From: Nitrospirota bacterium
Lineage (GTDB): Bacteria; Nitrospirota; Thermodesulfovibrionia; Thermodesulfovibrionales; JdFR-86
Reading direction: 5' to 3'
DNA length: 64,000 bases
Assembly: GCA_963721805.1 (NCBI GenBank)
Contig: CAVRJY010000001.1
Span: forward strand, 192,001 to 256,000
The position numbers were made by a program, and so were the translations under genes. Each line of letters begins with the position of its first letter. Position 1 is the first letter of the stretch. Below are positions 38,738 to 50,620 of this stretch, in pieces. The notes under the pieces are model-generated. The model saw nothing but the letters and a program-made list of their open reading frames with translations, did not search any database and was not told the origin of the DNA.

Positions 38738-40113
38738 TGACAAACATGCCGGGAGAGATATCGACGGCCCCGAAACGCGCTCTGGCGCGGAGGGCGGCCG
38801 GCGCCCGCGGCTTCACGCTCGTGGAGCTGCTCGTCGTGATGCTGATCACGATGTTCGTGCTGTACGCAGCGACCCAGACGCTCGGCTCGCTGGTCATCCA
38901 GTTCAAGCAGCAGGCCCGCGTCACCGAGACGAACATCTCAAGCATGCTGGGCCTCGAGGTCCTCAGGCGCGACCTCCACGCGGCCGGATACGGCCTGCCG
39001 TGGGGCGATGCCTCGACGACCACGACGCTCGCGGGCTTCCCGTATGCGGAGGCTTCCGACGCGGACCAGTTCATGTACGACCATAACGCACTGCTCCCAT
39101 CCAAGCCAAGCGACCTCAACGACGCCCCCAACGGCGCCCCGCGCGCCGTGGCGAGCAAGACAAACGCCGGGCCGAACAATTCCGATTTGCTGGCCATCAA
39201 GTCCGCCAAGGCCGCCATTAACCGCGCGGCCGGGAAATTCCACATGCTCTACACCGACGGGACTACCGGCGTGTACAATACGCCGTCGGACAACCTCTGC
39301 CCTAATACGGTCCCGAACAATACCTGTGTCGCCGGGGCCAGCGACTTGGCGATCGTGCTGTCGCCAGACCCGACCGAAACCTCAACGAGCATGACGCTCG
39401 TATCGGCCAGCACCCCGTTTGCCTCGAACATGGCCGGGCTGGACAACCCCAATATCACGCGCCTCGTATACGGCATAGACTCCAGGGGACCGGCCTCGAC
39501 GCCCGAGGCGCTCAGCGCGCTCCGCTTCCCGTTTAACAGGGCTGACTACTACATCTCGTACCGGAACGTGCCCGAGAGGTGCGCCCACAACAGCGACCTA
39601 AATCCGGGCCCGGGCCAGGCAGGCTTCGATACCGCCCATCCGCCCACTGACCGCACGAACCTCGCAAATCCCGGCACCGGCGTGCTCGTCAAGACAGTGC
39701 TCGACCAGAAGGACGGCGACTACTGGTTCGAGGGCCAGGACACCACGCAGGCCGACGAGATGCCGATCGAGGAGTGCGTTGCGGACTTCAAGGTGATTTA
39801 CGGCCTCGACCTGACCGGCAACGGGATAATCACATACGACGCGAACACCCTCACAAGCGGATATGACGCCGCGGCCATACGCAGCTATGTGCGCGAGGTG
39901 CGCGTTTATGTCGTCAGGCACGAGGGCACGTTCGACCCGAAATTCACTTTTGACACTGACCCATCGACCCCGGCCATCGACTCCAACCCGGTCATAAACG
40001 TCGACGAGATGGGCCTGAGCGGCACGCTGGACCTCTCTGCAATGGACCCCAGATGGCAGAACTTCAGATGGAAAATCGACCGGCTGGTTGAAAAGCCGGT
40101 CATGTTGAGGTGA
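38737..40113 (+). CDS. pilW: PilW-like minor pilin
   Basis: GFTLVELLV, RRDLHAAGYG and VIYGLD. Confidence 0.8.
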   Translation: MTNMPGEISTAPKRALARRAAGARGFTLVELLVVMLITMFVLYAATQTLGSLVIQFKQQARVTETNISSMLGLEVLRRDLHAAGYGLPWGDASTTTTLAGFPYAEASDADQFMYDHNALLPSKPSDLNDAPNGAPRAVASKTNAGPNNSDLLAIKSAKAAINRAAGKFHMLYTDGTTGVYNTPSDNLCPNTVPNNTCVAGASDLAIVLSPDPTETSTSMTLVSASTPFASNMAGLDNPNITRLVYGIDSRGPASTPEALSALRFPFNRADYYISYRNVPERCAHNSDLNPGPGQAGFDTAHPPTDRTNLANPGTGVLVKTVLDQKDGDYWFEGQDTTQADEMPIEECVADFKVIYGLDLTGNGIITYDANTLTSGYDAAAIRSYVREVRVYVVRHEGTFDPKFTFDTDPSTPAIDSNPVINVDEMGLSGTLDLSAMDPRWQNFRWKIDRLVEKPVMLR

Positions 40114-40757
40114 CAAATAAAATGAGAAGGACGGATAAAGGCGGACGTGGCGCCGCCCCGCTGGGAAACGAACGGGGCGTGGCCCTGATACTGGTCCTCA
40201 TGATAGCGACCATAGCGCTCGCGGTGACCGCCACGCTGCTATACATCATAAGCGTGAACTCCCGCATGACCGGCATAGAGAAGCGCTACGAGAGCGCGCT
40301 TGACGCGGGCGAGGCGGTCACGGGCGTGGCCTCGGACATCATAGGCCAGAGGTTCGACATCACCGACACGGGTCACCACTACGTCCTCCCCGGGGCGGGT
40401 TTCACCCCGAATCCCCTGATGACTACCGCCAGCGGCTGCTGGCAGGCCAAGATGTACAGCAATACCGCAAACTGGCCGGTCGGCTGTGACGCGGACTTCA
40501 ACGTATCGCAGAGCAGCTATGACTTCCACTATACGACGGGCGGCGCGCCGAGCTTTGACGTATACGCCAAGATCATCAATACCGTTGCCGGCAACTCGGC
40601 CCCCGACCTGGGACTCAGGAAAAACGGGGTCGTGGCCGCCAGCCCCGGCGATCTCGCCGTCCCGTCGCGGCCCTACATGTACATGATCGAGGTGGCGGCG
40701 ATCAACCAGTCAAACCCCAGCGAGCGGGCGCGCGTCTCGATGCTCTACCAGTACTGA
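40110..40757 (+). CDS. pilX: PilX-like minor pilin
   Basis: ERGVALILVL (no Glu5) and A..AGEA. Confidence 0.8.
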   Translation: MTNKMRRTDKGGRGAAPLGNERGVALILVLMIATIALAVTATLLYIISVNSRMTGIEKRYESALDAGEAVTGVASDIIGQRFDITDTGHHYVLPGAGFTPNPLMTTASGCWQAKMYSNTANWPVGCDADFNVSQSSYDFHYTTGGAPSFDVYAKIINTVAGNSAPDLGLRKNGVVAASPGDLAVPSRPYMYMIEVAAINQSNPSERARVSMLYQY

Positions 40758-40800
40758 GCCCGGCCCACGCATGATGGCGCGTTTGGATTATAATACCCCG

Positions 40801-41760
40801 ATGAGGCGAGTGATCGTCATAGCGATGCTGCTGTCCCTTGCGCTTGGGTGCAGCAAGAAGGCCCCCGAGGCCCCTGCGAACGCGCCCGCCGCGGCTGGCA
40901 ACTCAGCCGCCGCCCCCGCGCAAGCGGCTCCGGCGGCCCAGGCCGGGCTTTCCATCGCCCCGGATAAGCCATTTGTCACGACTGTCATAACGCCCTCGGC
41001 CACGGGGTTCGACCTCTCGAAGGCCAGCATCGCGTGGTCCGTCAACGGCAAGCCCGTGCCGACCTTCGACCCGAAGGGGTTTGACCCCTCGCGCGACGGG
41101 GCCAAGAAGGGCGACACCGTCACCGCGGCCGCTACCGTGGACTCGAAGGAATACCAATCCAATGCGGTGGTGATACTGGACTCCGCCCCGCAGATCGTCA
41201 AGCTGATGCTGCTGCCCGAGGGCGCGAACACCGATGCGGACATCTGGGTCGACGCCGAGGCCACTGACGCCGACGGCGACCCCGTGACGTTCGAATACGA
41301 GTGGGTCATGGACGGCAAGGTCGTGAGCAGCACCAAGGGCCTCCCGAGGGAGGCCAACAAAACCGGCACCGAGTTCGTGGTCACGGTGACGCCCTCGGAC
41401 GGCGAACTCAAGGGCCAGAGCGTGAGCCTCCGCCGCTCGATCCTCAACTTCCCGCCCAGGATCGAGGCGAAATACGACTATGAATTCGACGGCAGGGTTC
41501 TGACGTACCAGATAAGGGCCACCGACCCCGACGGGGACAAGATCACCTACGGCGTTCAGGACCCGCAGCCGGGCATGAGCGTGGACGCCGGGACCGGGGC
41601 GCTCCGGTGGGACGTGCCCGAGGGGCTTACGAACACGACGGTGCCGATAGTCGTCACGGCCTCCGACGGCCGGGGCGGCACGGCCACGATGCAACTGAGT
41701 TTCACGCTCAAGACCGAGCCCGCCGCAGCTCCTGCGGCCCCCGCGCCAGCCGCAAAGTAG
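40801..41760 (+). CDS. Lipoprotein with Ig-like / cadherin-like repeats
   Basis: Lipobox LGC. DADGDPVTFEYEW, ATDPDGD and VTASDG motifs. Confidence 0.8.
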   Translation: MRRVIVIAMLLSLALGCSKKAPEAPANAPAAAGNSAAAPAQAAPAAQAGLSIAPDKPFVTTVITPSATGFDLSKASIAWSVNGKPVPTFDPKGFDPSRDGAKKGDTVTAAATVDSKEYQSNAVVILDSAPQIVKLMLLPEGANTDADIWVDAEATDADGDPVTFEYEWVMDGKVVSSTKGLPREANKTGTEFVVTVTPSDGELKGQSVSLRRSILNFPPRIEAKYDYEFDGRVLTYQIRATDPDGDKITYGVQDPQPGMSVDAGTGALRWDVPEGLTNTTVPIVVTASDGRGGTATMQLSFTLKTEPAAAPAAPAPAAK

Positions 41761-41772
41761 CTTCCGGGGGCT

Positions 41773-41835
41773 AGGGGGCAGAGCCCCCTGAAAGAGAGGG
41801 GTCCGTGACCCCTGATGGAAGGGGCAGTCGCCCCT
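41773..41835. repeat. Cluster of three REP-like mini-hairpins
   Basis: AGGGGGCAGAGCCCCCT, AGGGGTCCGTGACCCCT and AGGGGCAGTCGCCCCT. Confidence 0.75.
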
Positions 41836-41852
41836 GAGTTATAATTTCTCCC

Positions 41853-43220
41853 ATGGAACTCCTGTATATCGGACTTTTAATCGGGGTATTAAGCGGGGCC
41901 GCGCTCGGATTTTTCGCGGCCGCATGGCGGACGTCCACGATTTACGCGCGTCGGCTCTCTGAGGTCGAGGCGAAGCTCGCGGACTCTAATGCCACTCAAG
42001 CGGCCTCCGCAGCCATTGCCGAGGAGCTGCGCCGCACGCTCGACGCGCGCTCCGGCGAGTGCGAGACCCTGAGGCAGAACCTGCTGAAGGAAGAGCGCGG
42101 CCGCGCCGAGGCCGAGACCCGGCTCGAGGACGCAGGGGAGGCGATGGTCAAGGAGCGCGCCCTGATCGACGCGATGGAGGAGAAACTCAAGGAGCGCTTC
42201 GGCGTGCTCTCTTTAGAGGCCCTGACGCGCAACTCCGAGGAATTCCTCAAGCTCGCGGCCAAGTCCCTCTCGGCCCAGACCGATATGGGCGCGAAGGAGC
42301 TCGAAGGCAAGAAGGAGCTTATAGACCAGAGCGTCGAGGGCATGGCCCGCCGGATGGCCGATATGCAGAAGCGCATCGAGGAGCTCTCGGCCGAGGGCTC
42401 GCGCCGGATGGTCGAGGTCTCGGGCGAGGTCAAGAAGCACGCCGAGGCGACGTTGAAGCTCTCCGAGACTACCGAACACCTGCGGCGGACGCTTGCGAGC
42501 TCGCGCAAGCGCGGCGAGTGGGGCGAGCGCATGGCCGAGGACATCATCAAGCTCGTCGGGATGATCGAGGGCATAAACTACATCAAGCAAAAAACACTCG
42601 ACACCGCGCGCACGCGGCCGGACTATACCTTCCTGCTCCCCAACGAGATGCGCATCAACATGGACGTCAAGTTTCCGATGGACCACTACGTGCATTACCT
42701 CGAGGCCACCACTGATATAGACAAGCGCCACCACCGCGAGGAGCTTATCAAGAGCGCGCGCGTCATGATCCGCGACGTAACGGGCCGCGAGTATATCGAC
42801 GCCGACACCGTGGACTACGTGCTCGTCTTCATCCCCAACGAGCAGGTCTACGGATTTTTAAACGAGTCCGCGCCCCAGCTCATGGACGAGGCGCTTTCAA
42901 AGAAGGTCATCCTCTGCTCGCCGTTTACGCTATACGCGGTGCTTGCGGTCGTGAGGCAGGCCGTGAGCAATTTTTCGCTGGAGCGTACGGCGTCCGAGAT
43001 ACTGCGTCTGCTCGGCGATTTCAACAAGCAGTGGACCGCGTACAAGGACCGTTTCGAGATACTCGGCAAGCGCATAGACGAGGCGCGGCGCGAGTACGAG
43101 AACATCTCGAGCACGCGGACGAATATGCTCGAGCGGCCGATGCGCAAGATCGAACTGCTCCGCGAGTCCACTCCGATGTCTGAAGCCGCAGCCCCCGCTA
43201 AGGATCTGCTTGAATCTTGA
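41853..43220 (+). CDS. rmuC: DNA recombination protein RmuC
   Basis: TM plus coiled coil, RGEWGE, RPD..LP, MDVKFP and FIPNE. Confidence 0.92.
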   Translation: MELLYIGLLIGVLSGAALGFFAAAWRTSTIYARRLSEVEAKLADSNATQAASAAIAEELRRTLDARSGECETLRQNLLKEERGRAEAETRLEDAGEAMVKERALIDAMEEKLKERFGVLSLEALTRNSEEFLKLAAKSLSAQTDMGAKELEGKKELIDQSVEGMARRMADMQKRIEELSAEGSRRMVEVSGEVKKHAEATLKLSETTEHLRRTLASSRKRGEWGERMAEDIIKLVGMIEGINYIKQKTLDTARTRPDYTFLLPNEMRINMDVKFPMDHYVHYLEATTDIDKRHHREELIKSARVMIRDVTGREYIDADTVDYVLVFIPNEQVYGFLNESAPQLMDEALSKKVILCSPFTLYAVLAVVRQAVSNFSLERTASEILRLLGDFNKQWTAYKDRFEILGKRIDEARREYENISSTRTNMLERPMRKIELLRESTPMSEAAAPAKDLLES

Positions 43221-45118
43221 GGCCCTGCTCAAGCCCCACCTTCGGGGCTACGAGCACCGCACGAGCCAGGAGAAGATGGCCGACGCGGTGCTCGAGACGC
43301 TGCACCGCCGTGGCCGCCTCATAGTCGAGGCCGGCACCGGCACCGGAAAGAGCCTCGCGTACCTGATCCCCCTGATCGAGACGATCATAGAGGAGGACAC
43401 CCGCGCGGTCGTCTCTACTTACACCAAGGCGCTCCAGCGGCAGCTCTTCGTCAAGGACATCCCTCTGCTGGCCGAGCGGCTATATCCGGGGCTGCGCACA
43501 GCATTATGTGTCGGCAGCGAAAACTACCTCTGTCTCCGAAGATTGGAGCAGGCCAGAAACTTCGGCCTGTTTGAGAGCGACGCGCTGGAGTTCGACCGCC
43601 TGATGTCCTGGGCGCGCACCACGGACGACGGGATCAGGGAGGGCACCGGAGGGGCGCTCTGGCACACGGTATGCCGCGAGGGCGACTCGTGCATGGGCCG
43701 CGACTGCCGGTTCGCCAAACGCTGCTTCCACCAGCGCGCGCGCGAGCGCGAGCGCCGAAGCAATCTCCTCGTCATAAACCACCACCTGTTCTTCGGACAT
43801 CTCGCCACGGGCGGAAACCTCCTGCCGGAGTTCGAGCACGTCGTATTCGACGAGGCCCACGAGCTTGAGGACGTCGCTGCCAGCTACCTCTCGGTCGAGC
43901 TCTCGAACATGCGCTTGCGCTACGTGCTCAACTCCGTGATCAGCCCGCAGGGCAAAGGCGTGCTCACGCGGATGCGCTGGCTCGCGAGCTCCGAGGTGGC
44001 TCATTTAGGCTCGCTCGTCAACATAGCGCGCACCGCATCGGACGGCTTCTTCGCGGAGCTCGAGCGCCATGTGGGGCGCGGGACGGTGCGCTTTAGAGAG
44101 GGCGGGTTCATGGAAGACACGCTCTCGAAGCCGATAGCCCGCATCCAGCACGAGATCGAGGCGCTCGCGGAGCGCTCCTGCTGAGGACGAGGACCGCAAG
44201 GATTTAAACGCCACCGCGCTTAAGCTCAAGGCCATGGCGGTCGCGGCAGACGGGCTCGTGAACCTCTCGTTCGAGGACCACGTCTACTGGGCCGAGCGCT
44301 CCGGCCGGTATACCCGGCTCGTGGCCACCCCGGTCGACGTGGCCGGGATGCGCGTATTCGAGCCCCTTGGAAGCGCGATATTCACCTCGGCCACGCTCTC
44401 TACGGGCGGGAATTTCAAGTACACGAAGGAGAGGCTGGGGCTTGACGAGGCCAGGGAACTCCTGATCGGCTCGCCGTTTGAGTACGAGCGGCAGGCCCTG
44501 CTTTACGTCGACCCCGAGCTGCCCGGCCCCCAGAGCCCGGCCTATGAGCTGGCGGTGATCAAGCGCATCGGCGAGATAATCTCGATAGTGCGCGGCGGCG
44601 TGCTCGTGCTGTTTACGAGCCACGGGCTTTTGAACCGCGCGTACGATGCCGTTTCGGTCGAGGACATAGAGATCCTCAGGCAGGGCGATAAGGACAGCTA
44701 TGCGCTGATAGAGGAGTTCAGGGAGAGCAAGAGCGCCGCGCTCTTCGGGACGTATACGTTTTGGCAGGGCGTGGACGTGCCGGGCGACGCGCTAAGGTGC
44801 GTGATAATCACGCGGCTCCCGTTCGCGGTGCCGGACGACCCTGTAATACAGGCCCGTTTGGAGCGGTTAGAGGCCGAGGGCAAGGACCCGTTTTACCACT
44901 ACTCAGTGCCGGAGGCCGCGATCATGCTCAAGCAGGGCTTCGGGCGGCTGATCCGAAACGGCACGGATCGCGGAGTCGTGGCGATACTGGATTCAAGGAT
45001 CGCCACGCGCAATTACGGCAAGGAGTTCCTGAAGTCCCTGCCGCCCGCCAAGCGCACGAAGAGCCTCGCTGAGATCGCTGAGTTTTTCAGCCCGGACTCA
45101 TCGCAGGAGCCTTTTTAA
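43210..45118 (+). CDS. dinG: DinG/YoaA-family helicase, split by a +1 frameshift near 44179
   Basis: EAGTGTGKS and DEAH in the first ORF. SATL, LFTS, FWQGVD and QGFGRLIR in the second. Confidence 0.9.
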
Positions 45119-45128
45119 ACAGCCCCTT

Positions 45129-45320
45129 TTATTTTCCGGAATTGCGGATGATATTCGCGATGCTGCGGTCGTAGGTGCGCTCGGCCTCGGCGCTGAAGAA
45201 GCAGCCCGGTATCTCCCCGTTTTCCCTGTGATGCCTGACGCACTCGCAGCACTTGCCCCGCCGCTCGCAGGGATAAGTGCAGGTGCAGCCCTTAAGGTTT
45301 ATGTCCACTCTGCATTCCAT
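45129..45320 (-). CDS. Small Cys-rich protein (DUF6485-like)
   Basis: CTCTYPCERRGKCCECV..H..PGCFF..E.TYDRS. Confidence 0.75.
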   Translation of the reverse strand: MECRVDINLKGCTCTYPCERRGKCCECVRHHRENGEIPGCFFSAEAERTYDRSIANIIRNSGK

Positions 45321-45394
45321 GTTCTATGCCTGCTTTCCTCAGTAATATCAAGGGACGGTCATTGGTTTTATGGGAAGGGGCCAACTGGCCCCCC

Positions 45395-46729
45395 TTATTT
45401 TCCTATGCAGAACTCGCGGAAGATTATATCCAGTATGTCATCGACCCCTACTGCGCCGATGATGCGGCCGAGGCTGTCGAGCGCGTCGCGCGCATCTATC
45501 GCCACGACCTCAAGCGGCGCGCCCTCGCTCATAGCGGCCTGAGCCGCGCCTAGCCTTTGAGCCGCGATGTCTAATGCCTCTTTGTGCCTGAGGTTGCTTA
45601 CGACCACGCCCTCGGTCTGGGTGCCTGTGCATTTGGCGTATACCGCGTCGCGGAGCCGGTCGATCCCCTCTGTGGTGAGCGCCGAGACCCGGATGCCGCC
45701 GACCTCCGGGATGCATGCGATGTCCGTCTTGTTGAGCACGACTATATGCGGCCTTGCGGCGACGCGCGCGAGCACGACGCGGTCTTCGTCCGTGACCGCC
45801 ACCGAGGCGTCGAGCACCGCGAGGCTGATATCCGCGTCCTCTAACGCGCGGAGGCTCCGGCTGACCCCCTCCCGCTCGGCCATCTCGTGGGCCTCGCGCA
45901 TCCCGGCGGTGTCCATGATGCGCACCGGCAGCCCGCGTATCGCTATCTGCTCCTCGATCACGTCACGCGTCGTGCCCGGATCGGGCGTGACGATAGCGCG
46001 GTCGCGCCCGATCAGCGCGTTTAGCAGAGACGACTTCCCGACGTTCGGCCTGCCCACTATCGCGACCTTAAGCCCTTCGCGGTAAAGCCTGCCCTCGGCG
46101 CAGCTCTCGGAGAGTGCGCGGCACTCGGCCTCGATATCCGCCATCGAGCCCGCGATCTCCGCAAGCGCGCCGGGCGCGATCCCGTCTTCCGGGAAGTCTA
46201 TGTGTGCCTCGATATGCGCACAGGCGCGCAGGAGAGAATCGCGCATCGCATGTATCCGCTTCGACAGCCGTCCAGATAGCTGCTCAAGCGCGATGCGCCC
46301 GGCAGCGGACGTCCTGGCGCGTATCACGTCGAGCGTGGCCTCGGCCTGTATCAGGTCGATCCTTCCGCTCAGGAAGGCGCGGCGCGTGAACTCCCCCGGC
46401 TCGGCCATGCGCGCCCCGAGCCGCAGCATCAGCCCCAGCACGTCCGCCGTAGGCGCGATCCCGCCGTGGCAGTTGATCTCGACTATATCCTCCCGCGTGT
46501 AGGTGCGGGGGGCAAGCATCACCGAGACCAGCACCTCGTCGAGCGGGCCACCGTCCTCGACGATATGGCCGTGGTGGATGGTGTGGCTCGCGGCGTGGCT
46601 GAGGGCGCCCTCGGGCCGGAACGCGGCGTCCGCGATCTCGACCGCGCGCGGGCCGCTCAGGCGCACTATCGCGATCGCACCCTCGCCGGCCGCGGTCGAT
46701 AGCGCGGCAATTGTATCGCCGCCTGTCAT
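45395..46729 (-). CDS. mnmE: tRNA modification GTPase MnmE
   Basis: DTIAALST, GRPNVGKSS, GTTRD, DTAG and C-terminal FCIGK. Confidence 0.97.
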   Translation of the reverse strand: MTGGDTIAALSTAAGEGAIAIVRLSGPRAVEIADAAFRPEGALSHAASHTIHHGHIVEDGGPLDEVLVSVMLAPRTYTREDIVEINCHGGIAPTADVLGLMLRLGARMAEPGEFTRRAFLSGRIDLIQAEATLDVIRARTSAAGRIALEQLSGRLSKRIHAMRDSLLRACAHIEAHIDFPEDGIAPGALAEIAGSMADIEAECRALSESCAEGRLYREGLKVAIVGRPNVGKSSLLNALIGRDRAIVTPDPGTTRDVIEEQIAIRGLPVRIMDTAGMREAHEMAEREGVSRSLRALEDADISLAVLDASVAVTDEDRVVLARVAARPHIVVLNKTDIACIPEVGGIRVSALTTEGIDRLRDAVYAKCTGTQTEGVVVSNLRHKEALDIAAQRLGAAQAAMSEGAPLEVVAIDARDALDSLGRIIGAVGVDDILDIIFREFCIGK

Positions 46730-46925
46730 ATAATATATTGCGTTCGGAATTCTCGCTCCACTCGTATTTCGAACGGGGCTCCGCGCGCATGGCGTATTGC
46801 CATGCGCCTGGGCAGGGGGCATAACTGCCATCCTGCACCCCCGTTTTGTAGGGTACCTGCAGCTTGCTGCAGGGAGCATTATTTTAATATAAAAACTACA
46901 TAAGCGGGGAGATTGTAAATTGGGG

Positions 46926-48059
46926 ATGCTGTTTGAGCCTGTAAATATAGGGCCCCTGAGGCTCGAAAACCGGATCGTGCGCGCCGCGACTTACGAAAAG
47001 CGCGCGGACGAAAACGGCTTTGTCACGGACTCGCTCGTCGACCTCTACGAGGACCTCGCAACCGGGGGCGCGGGCCTGATCATCACCGGCGCGGCGCTCG
47101 TGCACGTCTCGGGGCGCATGATCCCAAAGATGCTCTGCGCCCACAGCGACATATACACCGACGGCCTGAAGCGGCTCACCGAGGCCGTGCACGACATCGA
47201 CGGCCGGATCGCGCTTCAGATAGCGCACGGGGGGCGTCAATGTTCTCCGAGGATGCTCGGCGGGGAGGACAGCCTCGCGCCCTCGGCGGTATACGACCCG
47301 TCGACGCGCTCGACCCCGCGCGAGATGACAGTGCCGGAGATCTGGGAGATGGTCGAGGCCTTCGCGGACGCGGCCTGGAGGGCGCAGTACGCCGGGTTCG
47401 ACGCGGTCGAGTTGCACGCCGCGCACGGGTATCTGATAAGCAGCTTCCTCTCGCCGCACACGAACCGCCGCGACGACTACTGGGGCGGGGACGAGGAGCG
47501 GAGGTTCCACTTCATCGAGGAGGTCGTAAAGGCCGTCACCGAGACCGTGGGCTGGAATTTCCCTCTTCTGGTTAAGATGAACGCGGCCGACATGGTACCC
47601 GGCGGGCTCGAGCCGGAGGAGGCTGGCCGCATAGCGCAGAGGCTCGGGCCGATCGGCGTCGCCGCAATCGAGCTCAGCGGCGGCATGCGCGAGAGCGAGA
47701 CCCCGACGATCCGCCCCGGCATCAGCAAGCCCGGCGACGAGGCATACTTCCGGGCCGCATCGTGGGCGTTCAAGCAGGCCTCGACCGTGCCGATCATACT
47801 TACGGGCGGGATGCGCTCGCGCGCCGTGATGGAGGACGTCATAAGCTCAGGCGCCTGTGATATGGTCGGGATGAGCCGTCCGCTCATCCGCGAGCCCCTG
47901 CTCCCGGTGCTCATGCGCGACGAGGGCAAAGAGGCCGCGGACTGCACCTCGTGCAACAAATGCACGCGGTTTTTCAAGCTCAAGTACGTCAGGTGCAAGG
48001 AGATCCCGCCCCCGCCGGACGTCAACGAGGCCGAAGAGGACAAGGGCAGCTACAAATGA
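46926..48059 (+). CDS. NADH:flavin oxidoreductase (OYE family)
   Basis: [32 protein letters not shown] and CTSCNKC. Confidence 0.93.
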   Translation: MLFEPVNIGPLRLENRIVRAATYEKRADENGFVTDSLVDLYEDLATGGAGLIITGAALVHVSGRMIPKMLCAHSDIYTDGLKRLTEAVHDIDGRIALQIAHGGRQCSPRMLGGEDSLAPSAVYDPSTRSTPREMTVPEIWEMVEAFADAAWRAQYAGFDAVELHAAHGYLISSFLSPHTNRRDDYWGGDEERRFHFIEEVVKAVTETVGWNFPLLVKMNAADMVPGGLEPEEAGRIAQRLGPIGVAAIELSGGMRESETPTIRPGISKPGDEAYFRAASWAFKQASTVPIILTGGMRSRAVMEDVISSGACDMVGMSRPLIREPLLPVLMRDEGKEAADCTSCNKCTRFFKLKYVRCKEIPPPPDVNEAEEDKGSYK

Positions 48060-48820
48060 TCCACGGCAAGAAGGTCATAGTCGTGATGCCGGCCTATAAC
48101 GCTGAGCGCACGCTCGAGATGACCTGCCGCGAGGTGCCGCGCGAGTACATAGACGAGGTCATCGTCGTGGACGACGCAAGCAGCGACCGCACCGCGGAGG
48201 TCTCCAGACGGCTTGACCTCCATACCATAGTGCACCCCCGCAACCTGGGCTACGGCGGCAACCAGAAGACCTGCTACCGCGAGGCGCTCGGCCGCGGCGC
48301 TGACGTGGTCGTCATGCTCCACCCGGACTACCAGTACACGCCCCGCCTGCTCGTCGCGATGGCCTCGCTGGTCGCCGTGGGGCAGTATGATATCGTCCTG
48401 GGCTCGCGCGTGCTCTCGGAGGGCGCGCTTCAGGGCGGGATGCCGCTTTACAAGTACGTCGCCAACCGCATCCTGACGCTCATCCAGAATCTGATATTAG
48501 GCAAGAAGCTCTCGGAGTACCACACCGGCTACAGGGCCTTCTCCCGGCGGCTGCTCGAATCTCTCCCCCTGGGCGAGAACTCCGACGACTTCATCTTCGA
48601 CAACCAGATGCTCGCCCAGGCGATGTACTTCGGGTTTTCCGTGGGCGAGGTCTCATGCCCGACGAAGTACTTCCCCGAGGCCTCGTCGATCAGCTTCAGG
48701 CGGAGCGTGAAGTACGGGATAGGCGTGCTCTGGACCTCGGCCCTCTACAGGCTCAACAAATTGGGCCTCGCGAGGAGCCGCATATTTTCGGCGGGCGGCA
48801 GGGGGCTCGCCGAGGGTTGA
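48056..48820 (+). CDS. GT2 glycosyltransferase (DPM synthase-like)
   Basis: VVMPAYN, VDDASSD, GYGGNQK and HPDYQY. Confidence 0.92.
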   Translation: MIHGKKVIVVMPAYNAERTLEMTCREVPREYIDEVIVVDDASSDRTAEVSRRLDLHTIVHPRNLGYGGNQKTCYREALGRGADVVVMLHPDYQYTPRLLVAMASLVAVGQYDIVLGSRVLSEGALQGGMPLYKYVANRILTLIQNLILGKKLSEYHTGYRAFSRRLLESLPLGENSDDFIFDNQMLAQAMYFGFSVGEVSCPTKYFPEASSISFRRSVKYGIGVLWTSALYRLNKLGLARSRIFSAGGRGLAEG

Positions 48821-50565
48821 CCGCCGGAGGGGACATCACACGCGGCCGCCTGCTGCTGTGCGCGCTCGCTGCCGCGGCTTTGGCCTTCGCGCTCTATAGC
48901 GCATCCCTGGGCGGGGCGTTCATAGTCCCGAACGACTACGCGTACGTCAGGGACAACCCCGCGATGGCGCTCCCCCCCGCGGAGTTCGCCCGCTGGGCCT
49001 TCTCCACCTTCGAGCTCTCGGCCTGGCAGCCGCTCACCTGGATCTCCTTCAGGATTGACCATGCCCTCTGGGGCGCTAACCCGCAGGGGTATCACCTCAC
49101 CTCGGCGCTCATCCATAGCCTTAACGCGTTTCTCGTGACCCTGCTGTTTGGCGCTCTGATCCGTGCGGCACGCACTGATGCCCGGGAGGGCGGCTATGCC
49201 GGGGCGCTGATAGCCGGGCTGATGTTCGCCTCGCACCCGGCGCTCGTAGAATCAGTGGCATGGATATCAGGGCGCAAGGTGCTGCTGTCGGCCGCGTTGT
49301 GGCTCGGCTCTGCGCTTATATACCTGAAATACACCGGGCGGCGCAACCCATTTCTATATCTGGCGAGCCTCGCGTCTTTCGCCCTCGCGCTCATGAGCCA
49401 GCCGATGGCCGCCACGCTCCCGGTCGCGCTCCTGATACTCGACCGCTATCCGCTCAGGCGCGGCCCTTGGCGCATGATCCTGGTCGAGAAGGCCCCGTTT
49501 GCGCTGCTGGGCCTCGCCTCGGGCGCGGTGGCGTATGCCGCGTACAAAGACGCGCTTTCGGGCATGACGCCGCCTGGCTGGGGCTTCAGGCTTCTGGACG
49601 CGGTACGGGCGCTCGGGCATTACATGGCCAAGACCGCGGCCCCGGTAGGGCTCTCGGCGTTCTATCCCCAGCCGATGGGGGGCTCCACGGTCAACGCCGG
49701 ACATGTCGGCGCGGCTGTCGCGGTGCTCGCCGTGAGCCTCGCGGCACTGCTGACGAGGAGGAAGTTCCCGGCGGTCATCGCGGGCTGGGCGTTTTTCATC
49801 GTGACCCTCCTGCCCGTGCTCGGGCTCATCCCCACCGGGCTTGCGGCAGCGGCGGACCGGTACATGTACATCGCGCTGCTCGGGCCACTTGGAGTTATAG
49901 CGGCATATGGCTGGCGCGGGCGCAAGTCCCGCATGGCGGCCGCGGCGCTGGTTGGCGCGCTCTGCGTGCTCTGCGTCGTCCAGATACGCGTATGGCGCAC
50001 GGGCGAGACGCTCTGGGAGCACAGCCGAGAGCTCTATCCTAACGACGCGCAGCCCTATGCCGAACTGGGCCTCTCGGCGATGGCCGGGGGCAGGACGGCC
50101 GAGGCGCTCGCCCTCCTTGACGACGCGGTTAAGATCGAGATCGAGACGGTCACGAACTCCCCGAGGCTGTCCTGGCTCTATGCGGCCAGGGCCGACGCCC
50201 TGATGTCCGGCGGCGAGTACGAAAAGGCCGCGATCGATTACTCGGCCGCGATACGGATAAAGGACTCTTATGACATCTATTACATCAAGCGCGCCGTGGC
50301 GTATTCCGCTCTGGCCGAGTGGGACCGCGCGATCCAGGACCTCAGGCGGGCCGTCGCGCTGCGGCCCGGCAATGCCGGGGCCTGGGGCATGCTCGGGGAT
50401 GCGTGGCTGAAGCGGGCGGATTACGCCCGGGCGGCCGATGCCTTCACGAAGGCGCTCGCGCTGCGGCCCGGCGACCGCGCGTTTCTGGAGGGCCGCGCCG
50501 AGGCCTATGCCGGGATGGGACGGCCGGATCTGGCGGGCGAGGACCGGCAACAGGGCCGGCGGTGA
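48817..50565 (+). CDS. Multi-TM GT-C/TMTC-like protein with C-terminal TPRs
   Basis: [32 protein letters not shown] and TPR repeats. Confidence 0.85.
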   Translation: MTAGGDITRGRLLLCALAAAALAFALYSASLGGAFIVPNDYAYVRDNPAMALPPAEFARWAFSTFELSAWQPLTWISFRIDHALWGANPQGYHLTSALIHSLNAFLVTLLFGALIRAARTDAREGGYAGALIAGLMFASHPALVESVAWISGRKVLLSAALWLGSALIYLKYTGRRNPFLYLASLASFALALMSQPMAATLPVALLILDRYPLRRGPWRMILVEKAPFALLGLASGAVAYAAYKDALSGMTPPGWGFRLLDAVRALGHYMAKTAAPVGLSAFYPQPMGGSTVNAGHVGAAVAVLAVSLAALLTRRKFPAVIAGWAFFIVTLLPVLGLIPTGLAAAADRYMYIALLGPLGVIAAYGWRGRKSRMAAAALVGALCVLCVVQIRVWRTGETLWEHSRELYPNDAQPYAELGLSAMAGGRTAEALALLDDAVKIEIETVTNSPRLSWLYAARADALMSGGEYEKAAIDYSAAIRIKDSYDIYYIKRAVAYSALAEWDRAIQDLRRAVALRPGNAGAWGMLGDAWLKRADYARAADAFTKALALRPGDRAFLEGRAEAYAGMGRPDLAGEDRQQGRR

Positions 50566-50620
50566 GACGCGCTCCGGGTTGCTTTTTCGATGTCCGGCTG
50601 GATATGATCAATTAAGTGAC

